A stretch of 25,378 nt of DNA from Candidatus Aenigmatarchaeota archaeon (lineage in GTDB: Archaea; Aenigmatarchaeota; Aenigmatarchaeia; CG10238-14; SCSR01), in contig JAWADS010000006.1 of the NCBI GenBank assembly GCA_038998625.1, positions 1 to 25,378 of the forward strand. The letters are read 5' to 3'. Positions 8,170 through 16,989 of this stretch are shown here, piece after piece. The position numbers were made by a program, and so were the translations under genes. How positions within the stretch are numbered: position 1 is the first letter of the stretch; the number at the start of each line of letters is the position of its first letter. The notes beneath the pieces were generated by a model that worked only from the letters and a program-made list of their open reading frames with translations, was not told where the DNA came from and did no database searches.

Positions 8170-9468
8170 TTAAATAGATTCTTCCGGTCCTATAGAAACT
8201 GTTGGCTCTATTAAGGCATATTTGACACCAAACCAAGTTATATTTATATTGTCAAGGCCTATACCATCAGTAGTAATTGGATAATTATCATATTGTTGCC
8301 ACAGAATCCGTAGATTTTTTATGCCCCCACATAAATTATATGTGTTGTTCAAATCACTATATTGAGTGTATGTTGATGTTAAGAACAAATCCCTTCTCTT
8401 ATACCATGTACTACCATCACAACTTATTGCCAAACAATCTCCATTAGTATTGCCTGTCCAAGAGCTCGGGCAGTTATGATTTTCATCAGCCCATTCCTTT
8501 CCATAATAAGTTATACTTACATTATATGCCTTTAAAGTAAAGTTGGTCGTTAATTTGTTTAAGCTATAAGTTGTATCGCCAGTAGTATCGTCCATTGTTA
8601 AATGATAAAAGCCTACAAAGGGTCCATTAGCTGAAGTGACTTGTATTCTTCCTTGGTTAGTTGAAACTCTCGTCCAATTAGAAGTTAAACTACCTGACTC
8701 AAAACCATCAAAGAAAATATTATAGACAAAAGTTAAATCTAGATTGCTAGCTGAAGTTGCAGCAGGATTTCCATAATAAACATAAATTGTTTTAGTTGAG
8801 CTTGCTGGAATAGAAGGAACTTTTACCCAAAGCTTAGTAGAGGCAGAATTGCAACCAGATTCTAACCAATAATTTAATAAAGTTGTTCCATCGCTATCTG
8901 TAAATCTAATATCTCCACAATCTGAACGCATTTTTCCTGCAGAAATTAAGCTGGCAGTATCTAAATTAACTAAAACTTGATAATCTGTTAAAGCCGAGCC
9001 AGAATTGGAAATTGTTATAAGTCTTCTAAATCTAAATCCTGAAAGCCAATTGGAAGGTAAGCCAGTAATAGGCACAAAACTGCTTATCGTCATTTTTTCT
9101 GACGCTAAAGTTATATTAAGTTCAACATTTTGACAATTTCTTATAGAATAGGTAAAATTCAATAAAAATCCTTTTTCCGAGGTAAGGCTTTCTACAAAAT
9201 TTTTATATTCATCTAAATTTAATTGTAACAAACTACACTCTTTTGTAGTATTGATGATTTCTCTAGCTTTTTCTATAATATTGTTAAAAATAAAAGGTTC
9301 TTCTAATAGAACTACAGAAGAAGTATCAATTATTTTTGTCGGTTCTATCCAACGACTTATTAAATACATAATGCTAGTAATGATGAAGGCTGATAGAATA
9401 AAAAATTGAGCTTTTTGAAACTTTGATTTTTTAAATTTTTTATATCTGTATTTTAACGAATTGCGCAT
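8170..9468 (-). CDS. DUF2341-domain surface protein with a class III (pilin-like) signal peptide; start uncertain (9468, 9480 or 9489)
   Basis: KKSKFQKA/QFFILSAFIITSIMYLI; DUF2341-like RRLITISN...DYQVLV...DIRFTDSDG...LNYWLE...LWVKVP...IYVYYGNP. Confidence 0.8.
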   Translation of the reverse strand: MRNSLKYRYKKFKKSKFQKAQFFILSAFIITSIMYLISRWIEPTKIIDTSSVVLLEEPFIFNNIIEKAREIINTTKECSLLQLNLDEYKNFVESLTSEKGFLLNFTYSIRNCQNVELNITLASEKMTISSFVPITGLPSNWLSGFRFRRLITISNSGSALTDYQVLVNLDTASLISAGKMRSDCGDIRFTDSDGTTLLNYWLESGCNSASTKLWVKVPSIPASSTKTIYVYYGNPAATSASNLDLTFVYNIFFDGFESGSLTSNWTRVSTNQGRIQVTSANGPFVGFYHLTMDDTTGDTTYSLNKLTTNFTLKAYNVSITYYGKEWADENHNCPSSWTGNTNGDCLAISCDGSTWYKRRDLFLTSTYTQYSDLNNTYNLCGGIKNLRILWQQYDNYPITTDGIGLDNINITWFGVKYALIEPTVSIGPEESI

Positions 9469-9739
9469 GAGGAATTCCATCAATAACAATAACGTTTTCT
9501 TTTGTAATAAAACCTTTCTTCTCTGCTAGCTCGACTATCTTTTTACCAAATAAGTTAGCTATTGTTGCTTTGTTTAAAATTTTTACAACCAAATTTTCAT
9601 CCACTAGCTGACCACCATAGAAATTTCTGTTGATTTTTATTTCCAAATTTTTGAAATGAAGTTTTTTATCTAAAATTTCTTCATCACAAACAGCAACAAC
9701 TAAATCAAATCTTGTTCTAAAGGCTTTTATCCAAAACAT
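9440..9739 (-). CDS. DUF424 family protein
   Basis: VVAVCDEEIL, FYGG, ATIANLFG and IDGIPHAQ motifs. Confidence 0.85.
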   Translation of the reverse strand: MFWIKAFRTRFDLVVAVCDEEILDKKLHFKNLEIKINRNFYGGQLVDENLVVKILNKATIANLFGKKIVELAEKKGFITKENVIVIDGIPHAQFVKIQI

Positions 9740-9747
9740 ATCATCGC

Positions 9748-10161
9748 TTATATCTTTGACCTTACTGGTGATCTAGCACCGCAGGCCTCGCACTTTAAAA
9801 ACATTAATCTATCTTCCTTTATCAACTTTGTATCCGGTTCTCCACAAACTTTGCAATAAACAAATTCTTTTACATAACTTTCTATCTTCTTTTGTAAAAT
9901 ATCCTTGGAAAATTTTCCTTGTAAGATTAAAAAATTTCCTTGAATATTTCCTGGAACGGCTAACTCTTTTAATAAATATTTTGAAAGATGGTTTTGCTCT
10001 CTCCTAAGAACTTGGGCAATTTCACTAAAATTCCTTATTATAGTTCTATTTCCTTGGGTATCGCTAATAACTTTTGGTATTTGAAACCTTTCAGCTACTG
10101 GAATCTTTTTTGGAAATTTTTTCATAGCATTTTCCAAAAGTTCTTCATAATTCAGGGTCAT
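9748..10161 (-). CDS. eif2b: Translation initiation factor 2 beta subunit
   Basis: GNRTIIRNF, YLLKELA and CKVC...PDT...CEACGA zinc ribbon. Confidence 0.95.
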   Translation of the reverse strand: MTLNYEELLENAMKKFPKKIPVAERFQIPKVISDTQGNRTIIRNFSEIAQVLRREQNHLSKYLLKELAVPGNIQGNFLILQGKFSKDILQKKIESYVKEFVYCKVCGEPDTKLIKEDRLMFLKCEACGARSPVRSKI

Positions 10162-10889
10162 GCTAACCTCCTCAATTTTCCTGGTAAAGGCTCATATAGT
10201 TCGCCTATAGTCAATAATTCATCAATAGCTTTCTCTATCACATTTTCTGGAAGATTCAAAACCTCAAAAAGCTTCCCTATTTCCACTCCATCCCCTTTAT
10301 CTAATTCTTTTATTATTTCTAAGATTTTAGGTTTATAGTCTGTTTCTAAATTTTTAGTTTGTAAAATAAATTGAGTTATTTCTGGATCTAAGTTATATTT
10401 CTCCTTTGCATATGCTAAAAGCTCTTCCATACTAACCTGCTCCGATAATTTTTTTATTTCTTCTACCATCACTCTCTTAGGATATATTCTTTGTAGCAAT
10501 TCAACTTTTCTTAAAAGCTCATAATTTGGATCTTCCAGCTTTCTAACAATTTCAGCATTAATGTAAATTTCATCATTAAACTCCTTTACCTTACCTATTA
10601 CTAATACTAAATCACCTTTTTCGATTTCAGAAAATAACTTTACATTATCCTTAAAAGCTTTAACTCGAATAGAACCACTTCCATCATCTAAAGTAATGGT
10701 AGCATAGTCTTCATTCAAATTTATAAATTTATCAATTACTGTAGCTAGAACATTCACTCTAGAAATCCTTTCACCGAAAGATGTTATTAAATAACTAGGT
10801 TGAAGATTTTCTCTATCTCCTTTAAAAAATCTTCCATTAACAATATCATGAATTCTCACTTTTATAGCAGGCAACCTTTTGGCCGACAT
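10158..10889 (-). CDS. RPA32-like OB-fold ssDNA-binding protein with C-terminal winged helix
   Basis: RVNVLATVIDK, TLDDGSGSIRVKAF, GDLVLVIGKVKEF; C-terminal GELYEPLPG. Confidence 0.8.
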   Translation of the reverse strand: MSAKRLPAIKVRIHDIVNGRFFKGDRENLQPSYLITSFGERISRVNVLATVIDKFINLNEDYATITLDDGSGSIRVKAFKDNVKLFSEIEKGDLVLVIGKVKEFNDEIYINAEIVRKLEDPNYELLRKVELLQRIYPKRVMVEEIKKLSEQVSMEELLAYAKEKYNLDPEITQFILQTKNLETDYKPKILEIIKELDKGDGVEIGKLFEVLNLPENVIEKAIDELLTIGELYEPLPGKLRRLA

Positions 10890-10902
10890 TACAAACTACT
10901 CA

Positions 10903-12912
10903 TTAAATTTTTTGTAAAAATCCGGGTTTAGGGGCAATAAGCATTCCTTCACTCAACATTTTTCTAATAATTTCATCTGGATTTTCTATAGCTTGCTCCC
11001 TTGCCCTCCTTAAAACTTCATCAAAAGGTATTTCTTTACCTAACTCTTCTGTGAGCTTATCGATAATATCCATTACCATCCTAATTCTACTTCTTTGGGC
11101 TGCCGTTATTCTTCTACCCTCAGCTCTATCTATATCCAACTGCCCTGTAGCAGGCTCAAAACCAAATTCCCTTAAAGATGCTTTCATTAGTCTTATGGCT
11201 CGCATAGCATCTTCTATTAAAACTTCATTTCTTAACTGAACTTTTGCTGAAGCCTCGGCTAATCTTATAAGGGCTTCATATTGTCTGGGTGTTATTGCTA
11301 TAGCTGATTCTTCTCCTGATTTACTTCTCAAATCAAGATAAAAGTTTTTTATGGCTTCAGCGGCTTCCCTTGTAAGTTTTGGATGAACTTTTTTTCTGGC
11401 GTAAGAGACATATTTCTTTAACAATTCATGGTCAATAATTGGCTTAGCTTCTTCACCTTCAAAATGTCTAACCTTTAAAATATGATCTGCAATTTTTTCA
11501 TCTATCTCAGGATTTGGAATATCACGAATGGCAAATTTCAAATCAAACCTTGCTAAAATAGTTTCTGGTATGTCAATTTGCTCTTTTATTGGAATGTAAG
11601 GATCAAACCTTCCTAACTTTGGATTTCCTCCTCCTAAAATAGCTGTTTGTGCAGGTAAGGTTGCTACTATATTAGCTTTAGCTATGCTTATTGTTTGCTG
11701 CTCCATCGCTTCGTGCATAGCTGTTAAATCTGTTTTTTCAATCTTTTCAAACTCATCAATAGCACAAAGACTTTTGTTACAAAGAACCAATGCCCCCGCT
11801 TCTAAAACCCAGCCACCCAAAAATTCTTCATCCCTGACTACTGTAGCAGTAAGGCCAGCGCCTGTTACACCTTTACCTGAAACATAACGACCACGAGGGA
11901 TTAAAGTAGAAACAACTTTCATTAAAGCGCTTTTGGCCGTCGAAGGATCTCCAATTAATAATGTGTGAATATCACCCCTCACCCTTGTTCCATCAGGTAA
12001 AATTTTTGGTTCCCCACCAAATAATTGTAAAAGTATAGCTTCTTTTACCTCTTCCATTCCATATATAGCTGGGGCTATGGAATTTACAAATTTTACGTAA
12101 ATTTCTGGATCTTTTGATAATTCAATTATTTTTGCCTCATCTTCTGGAGTGATTTCAAGTTCTTCCCATTCAGTTTCCACTGCCTCTACATGATTTGCTT
12201 CCAAATAAATTTCCATTTGCCTTGACCTCGTACCTTTCAGCCTTCTGGGCAATTCTTTTAATATTCCAACCACTTTTATTCTATTTCCTGGGTCAGTTTT
12301 ATTTTGCATTCTTGGAGAAGTCAAATCTTTCTTTAAATAGACCATTATTTCAGAAGGTCTTTCTCCTGATGTAATTTCAAAAGGCTCTTCTATAACAATC
12401 CATCTAGCATCATAGAGCTTTTGACCTACCAGCTTGAAACCTTTTTTATTTTTACAAGAATCGCATACCACAGGACCACTTATTGTTCTTTCAGTTTGTA
12501 TAACTGTTATTTGATTGTCACATTCAGGGCATTGGAAAATGGCTTCCGCAACCTCTGGTCTTACTTCACTAGCCCTCTTTACAATACCTTCCACTACAAT
12601 CATTTTCTTTATATGCTCAGCTCGAAGATTTCGTATCCTTATATGATTACTTTCCGGCAAATTGTAGAATCTAAGGGTAAGTTCAGCCTCTCCTAAACCT
12701 AAATCTAATTGTTCCACTGCCTCTCCTGCATAACTTATAACTTCGTCTGGATTTTCTAACAAATAGTTTGCCAGCTCTACATCAAATCTATCCAAAAGAG
12801 AAAAATCAATGGCTATAGATTGTTTTCCCTCACTTATGGCTTGCATTAATTCTTGCTTGTAAAACTCATTCAAAAATTCTAAGAACTTTTCTATTATTAC
12901 TTCTCTATCCAT
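10903..12912 (-). CDS. mcm: MCM replicative helicase
   Basis: C4 zinc finger (CPEC/CDSC), GDPSTAKS, GLTA, IDEFEK, HEAMEQQTISIAKA, ARFDL and ITPRQYE motifs; no intein. Confidence 0.97.
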   Translation of the reverse strand: MDREVIIEKFLEFLNEFYKQELMQAISEGKQSIAIDFSLLDRFDVELANYLLENPDEVISYAGEAVEQLDLGLGEAELTLRFYNLPESNHIRIRNLRAEHIKKMIVVEGIVKRASEVRPEVAEAIFQCPECDNQITVIQTERTISGPVVCDSCKNKKGFKLVGQKLYDARWIVIEEPFEITSGERPSEIMVYLKKDLTSPRMQNKTDPGNRIKVVGILKELPRRLKGTRSRQMEIYLEANHVEAVETEWEELEITPEDEAKIIELSKDPEIYVKFVNSIAPAIYGMEEVKEAILLQLFGGEPKILPDGTRVRGDIHTLLIGDPSTAKSALMKVVSTLIPRGRYVSGKGVTGAGLTATVVRDEEFLGGWVLEAGALVLCNKSLCAIDEFEKIEKTDLTAMHEAMEQQTISIAKANIVATLPAQTAILGGGNPKLGRFDPYIPIKEQIDIPETILARFDLKFAIRDIPNPEIDEKIADHILKVRHFEGEEAKPIIDHELLKKYVSYARKKVHPKLTREAAEAIKNFYLDLRSKSGEESAIAITPRQYEALIRLAEASAKVQLRNEVLIEDAMRAIRLMKASLREFGFEPATGQLDIDRAEGRRITAAQRSRIRMVMDIIDKLTEELGKEIPFDEVLRRAREQAIENPDEIIRKMLSEGMLIAPKPGFLQKI

Positions 12913-12990
12913 TCTATTTCTTTAAATGTCTGAAGACTCTTTTATACTTTTCTCTCAAATGTATGAAAATTCAGAAAAAGTAATGAAATT

Positions 12991-13551
12991 TCATTTTTGT
13001 TTAACGAAAGCATTAATGGATTTGAGCTTTTTATGCAATTTTTCCATCGCTACATTTACATCCTTAACACTTCTTGCTCCGGTGCAAACTACCTTCCCTG
13101 AACCAAAAAGCAAAAAGGCTACTTTTGGGTCCTCCATTCTTAGCACTAATCCTGGAAATTGCTCAGGCTCATACTCAGAATTTTCCATATTAAAAGCAAT
13201 GGTATCTAAATTTAAACCTGTTTCGAGTTTTGCTGAAGCCACAATATTTTCAATTTGTATTTTAAAATCTTTTGGTACTCTAGTACCTGTTTTTCTAATG
13301 ACCTGCACGACTTTTCTAAAAACTTCATTGACATCTCCTAAGCTTCTCGCCCCAGTACAAACAATTTTTCCTGAGCCAAAAATTAGTGCTGCAGCCCTAG
13401 GTTTGTTCATTCTATAAACTAAACCAGGGAATTGTTCTGGTTCATATTCCATACCTTCAAGTTTTGAAACAATTTTTTCTAATGGCACATCTACGCCAAG
13501 AGAAGCAGATGCAACAATATTTTCAATCCTTATATTATAAGCCCCTGCCAT
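12991..13551 (-). CDS. tbp: TATA-box-binding protein
   Basis: Two repeats of IENIVAS...YEPEQFPGLV...FGSGKxVCTGARS. Confidence 0.98.
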   Translation of the reverse strand: MAGAYNIRIENIVASASLGVDVPLEKIVSKLEGMEYEPEQFPGLVYRMNKPRAAALIFGSGKIVCTGARSLGDVNEVFRKVVQVIRKTGTRVPKDFKIQIENIVASAKLETGLNLDTIAFNMENSEYEPEQFPGLVLRMEDPKVAFLLFGSGKVVCTGARSVKDVNVAMEKLHKKLKSINAFVKQK

Positions 13552-13620
13552 CCTACCACTTTCCTTTTATATTTGTTTCGTAAAATATTTAAATATCATT
13601 TTTCAATTATTGCGTCAACT

Positions 13621-14094
13621 TTAAATATACAATTCTACTTCTTGTAAAAAAGAGTTCAATTTCCATAAAGGTACAAAAAGGGTATTATTTACCTTTATCA
13701 AATCTTCTTCAAAAAGCGTGATTATTAAAGGTATTATTTTGATCTTTTTAATTTTTAGAATATTTCTTGCTATAGGATTTCGAGTTAAAAATTTTTTAAA
13801 TTGCAAAATTCTTTCTTCTTGTAGTTTCGCGGCCCTCTTTAATCCAGATTTTTTATATCTTCCTTTTTTCCACCTCTTGCAATCTATGCAAAAAATTAAA
13901 TCAAATCTTTTAGCAAAAATATCTATCTCATACCTCCTTTTGGTTTTAAATCTCAAATTTTCCCTTACTTCAAACCCATTATATCTAAAAATTTCTGCTA
14001 CGAATTTTTCGAAATCTTCCCAGTTATATCTTTCAAGAGCATCCTCTAAACTTTCTTTTTCTAGTTGTTGTTTTATTTTTTCTAAATCCAACAT
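13621..14094 (-). CDS. Mrr-like PD-(D/E)XK restriction-endonuclease-fold protein
   Basis: WEDFEKFVAEIF...GFEV...EIDIFA...IDCKRW. Confidence 0.8.
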   Translation of the reverse strand: MLDLEKIKQQLEKESLEDALERYNWEDFEKFVAEIFRYNGFEVRENLRFKTKRRYEIDIFAKRFDLIFCIDCKRWKKGRYKKSGLKRAAKLQEERILQFKKFLTRNPIARNILKIKKIKIIPLIITLFEEDLIKVNNTLFVPLWKLNSFLQEVELYI

Positions 14095-14101
14095 AATATT
14101 G

Positions 14102-14485
14102 ATGGGTTTGGCCTATGCTGCATTGCACAGCTTAGTTCATTTAGCTACTCCTTTTTTAATAGCTTTTATCTTTAATCTTAATTTTGAAAATTTTCTTATC
14201 GTTTTTTTCGCTAATTTTTTAATAGACTTAGATCACTTATACTATTTTAAAAAATATGGTTTAAAACATTGGATCGATACTATACTAAAATTTTCTGAAG
14301 CTAAAAAATACCCTCTGCATAATCTTTATTTATTAATGGCATGCTTTATAGGAAGCCTTCTTTTGTTTTTTACACAATATTTTAAAATTGGTTTAGTTTT
14401 CTTAAGTATTTTTTTACATATGTTATGGGATTTATTTGAAGATATAGTAATATTTAAAATGGGGATAAAACATTGGTTAATTTAA
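14102..14485 (+). CDS. Membrane protein, putative metal-dependent hydrolase (YdjM-like)
   Basis: ATG at 14102 in the 13718 frame; HSLVH, IDLDH, PLHN and HMLWD motifs with TM segments. Confidence 0.7.
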   Translation: MGLAYAALHSLVHLATPFLIAFIFNLNFENFLIVFFANFLIDLDHLYYFKKYGLKHWIDTILKFSEAKKYPLHNLYLLMACFIGSLLLFFTQYFKIGLVFLSIFLHMLWDLFEDIVIFKMGIKHWLI

Positions 14486-14531
14486 TTGAAGGGATTTATT
14501 GAGATTAAAATTCCAAAAAAGGGGTGATGGC

Positions 14532-15250
14532 ATTTTAATTTGCGGGATCGATGAGGCGGGGAGAAAACAATGAGTAAATTTAAACTTATTGTTTCCCTAA
14601 AGGTGCCATCATCGGTCCGATGGTTATAGCTGGAGTGGCAATTAATAAAAAAGATGAGAAAAAGTTAGTAAAAATTGGAGTAAGAGATTCAAAAGAGCTT
14701 TCAGAAGAAAAAAGAGAAGAGTTAGCTGAAAAAATAGAAAAAATTGCTAAAGATATTTTAGTTCTTAGAGTACAACCCTGCAAGATAGATACCCTTAGAG
14801 CAAAAGGAATAAATTTAGATAAAATAGAAGCAATGAAGATGGCAGAAATAATAGAAATGATTGATGTAGATAAAATATATGTGGATTCTTTAGAGCAAAA
14901 TTCTACAAGATTTAAAGATCTAATAAAAAGTTTTCTTAAGACGAAATTAAATGTAGAGTTAATAGTGGAAAATTATTTAGATGAAAGTGTGCCAGTGGTT
15001 TCAGCAGCCAGTATAATTGCAAAAGTTGAGAGGGATAAAGTTATAGAAGAATTAAAAAGAAAAATTAACTATGATTTTGGTGTAGGCTATCCACATGACG
15101 AAAGAACTATAGAATTTCTAAAAAAAATTATAAAGGAATCTAGTAAAAGAATTACCGGCTTATATAAGAAAAAGTTGGATCACAACTCAGTTTTTGCAAA
15201 AAGATTCGTGGCAAAAAAAATTAAAAGATTTTTTCAATAAAAAGTTTTAG
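14532..15250 (+). CDS. rnhB: Ribonuclease HII, interrupted by a 37-nt BHB intron (14564-14600) and a +1 frameshift at 15145-15148; start is ATT 14532 or TTG 14499
   Basis: Exon 1 ILICGIDEAG(R) joins GAIIGPMVIAG. RDSKEL, YVDS, LDE, VSAASIIAKVERD and GVGYPHD follow. The tail ELPAYIRKSW...KKF* lies in the +1 frame. Confidence 0.9.
14564..14600 (+). other. Candidate bulge-helix-bulge mRNA intron (37 nt)
   Basis: Central helix GGGG(14558-61)/CCCU(14595-98); bulges AGA(14562-64) and AAA(14599-601); intron stem AAACAAUGAGU/ACUUAUUGUUU. Removal restores GGG-AGA-GGT. Confidence 0.8.
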
Positions 15251-15258
15251 GTAGAAAT

Positions 15259-15507
15259 ATGAATATAGAAAAGATTGTTACAATAATTTTTTCTTCATTG
15301 GGTTTTTTCTCTGGTTTCTTATCTTATTATTTTACTGATTTTACCTTTTCTATTTCCCTACCCCTTTTAATTTATTTTATTGTTCAGTTTATTGTTACGA
15401 GAATTTATAAACATAAAAAAGTTAGAAATGTCATTTATACTGGCTTCATGGCATTTGTTTTGATATGGCTTGTAACTTGGATATTTTTGTTTAATTTAAA
15501 AATTTAG
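15259..15507 (+). CDS. Small 3-TM membrane protein, archaeal EMC6-like (DUF5379-like)
   Basis: Three hydrophobic segments; C-terminal FVLIWLVTWIFLFN. Confidence 0.6.
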   Translation: MNIEKIVTIIFSSLGFFSGFLSYYFTDFTFSISLPLLIYFIVQFIVTRIYKHKKVRNVIYTGFMAFVLIWLVTWIFLFNLKI

Positions 15508-15531
15508 TTGCAAAATTATAATTAGATTTTT

Positions 15532-16827
15532 ATGTTAAAGAGAACCCATTATACCAATGAAATAAGAAAAGTTGTAGGTAAAGAAGTTATTCTTGCAGGC
15601 TGGGTTCATGACATCAGGCTTAAGGGGGGAATAAATTTTCTTCTCCTACGGGATAAAGAAGGGATTGCTCAAATAGTTATAGAGAAGAGTAAATCAAATG
15701 AAGAAATCTTAAAAACAATTAAAGACTTACATCAAGAAGATGTTATTTTGGTAAGGGGAAGGGTAGTAAAAAGCAAAATAGCTAAGGCAGGAATAGAAGT
15801 TATACCAAAAGAAATTAAAGTAATTAATAAATCTGAAGCCCCTTTACCTTTAGACCCTAGAGGTGTTACTCCAGCCCACCTCGACACAAAATTAGATTGG
15901 AGGTTCTTATACTTTAGAACAGAGGAAGCTAAAAATATTTTTAGAATACAGACTGAAATCCTTCACTCCTTCAGAAAATTTTTCCTTGATAGAGGATATA
16001 TCGAAATACAGCCCCCTATAATAATTCCCTCGGCCAGCGAAGGTGGGGCAGAACTATTTCCCCTTAAATATTTTGAAAAAAATGTTTTCCTGGCTCAATC
16101 TCCTCAACTATATAAACAAATGTGCGCCGTTGCCTTTGAAAAAGTTTTCATGACTGTGCCTGTTTTCCGTGCAGAAAAATTTGATCAACCTACCCATTTA
16201 AATGAAATTAGACAGTTAGATATAGAACAAGCCTTTGCTGATGATGAAGATGTGATGAAAGTTTTGGAAGAATGTTTTGTTTTTATTTTAAAACAAGTTA
16301 AGAAAAATTGTAAAAATGAATTGAAATTTTTGAAAACCGAATTAAGCATACCTAAGCTTCCTTTAAAAAGAGTCACCTATACTGAAGTTATTGAAAAATT
16401 AAAGAAGTATGGAGAAAAAATAGAGTGGGGCCAAGACTTTTCAAAAACTCAAGAAAAATTAATTTCAAAAATATTCGGTGACTCAATTTTTATAAAAGAT
16501 TGGCCGACAGAATTGAAACCTTTTTACGCCATGCCTTATGAAAACAACCCAAAAATTTGCAAGGCCTTCGACCTAATTTATCGTGGCTTAGAATTAGCTT
16601 CTGGGACCCAAAGAATTCATATTCCTGAATTGTTGATTAAACAACTAAAAGAAAAAAATCTTGATCCAAAAGATTTCAAATTCTATATTGATGTTTTTCG
16701 CTATGGTGCGCCACCTCACGCAGGCTGGTCTTTCGGATTAGAAAGATTGACTATGAAAATTGTGGGTAAAGATAACATAAAAGAAGTTACTATGTTTCCC
16801 AGAACTAGGGAAAGGGTTTCGCCATAA
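15532..16827 (+). CDS. aspS: Aspartyl-tRNA synthetase, archaeal type
   Basis: N-terminal OB fold (GWVHDIR, FLLLRD), SEGGAELF, LAQSPQLYKQ, FRAE, SGTQRIH and PPHAGWSFGLERL. Confidence 0.93.
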   Translation: MLKRTHYTNEIRKVVGKEVILAGWVHDIRLKGGINFLLLRDKEGIAQIVIEKSKSNEEILKTIKDLHQEDVILVRGRVVKSKIAKAGIEVIPKEIKVINKSEAPLPLDPRGVTPAHLDTKLDWRFLYFRTEEAKNIFRIQTEILHSFRKFFLDRGYIEIQPPIIIPSASEGGAELFPLKYFEKNVFLAQSPQLYKQMCAVAFEKVFMTVPVFRAEKFDQPTHLNEIRQLDIEQAFADDEDVMKVLEECFVFILKQVKKNCKNELKFLKTELSIPKLPLKRVTYTEVIEKLKKYGEKIEWGQDFSKTQEKLISKIFGDSIFIKDWPTELKPFYAMPYENNPKICKAFDLIYRGLELASGTQRIHIPELLIKQLKEKNLDPKDFKFYIDVFRYGAPPHAGWSFGLERLTMKIVGKDNIKEVTMFPRTRERVSP

Positions 16828-16928
16828 ATTTTAAATATATTTTTAAAAATATATTTTAAAAAATATATTTTTCGTTATAGCATAAAGCTTAAAAACCTTG
16901 AATTTTAACATCCAATCAGTGATTTAAC

Positions 16929-16976
16929 ATGGCAAGAAAAAAGAAAAAAGCTGCTGAAGAAGAGACAGAAATGTGA
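16929..16976 (+). CDS. Possible 15-aa micropeptide MARKKKKAAEEETEM
   Basis: Purine-rich mini-ORF with GTGA SD-like element, in a gap after aspS. Confidence 0.35.
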   Translation: MARKKKKAAEEETEM

Positions 16977-16989
16977 ATTTTAAAATATT

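Noticed and set aside
5989..12912. Inteins in rfcS, rfcL or mcm
   Set aside because: Lengths are normal and Walker A regions are uninterrupted.
13718..14101. N-terminal extension of ORF 13718..14485
   Set aside because: Antisense to the Mrr-like gene; the family-like sequence starts at ATG 14102.
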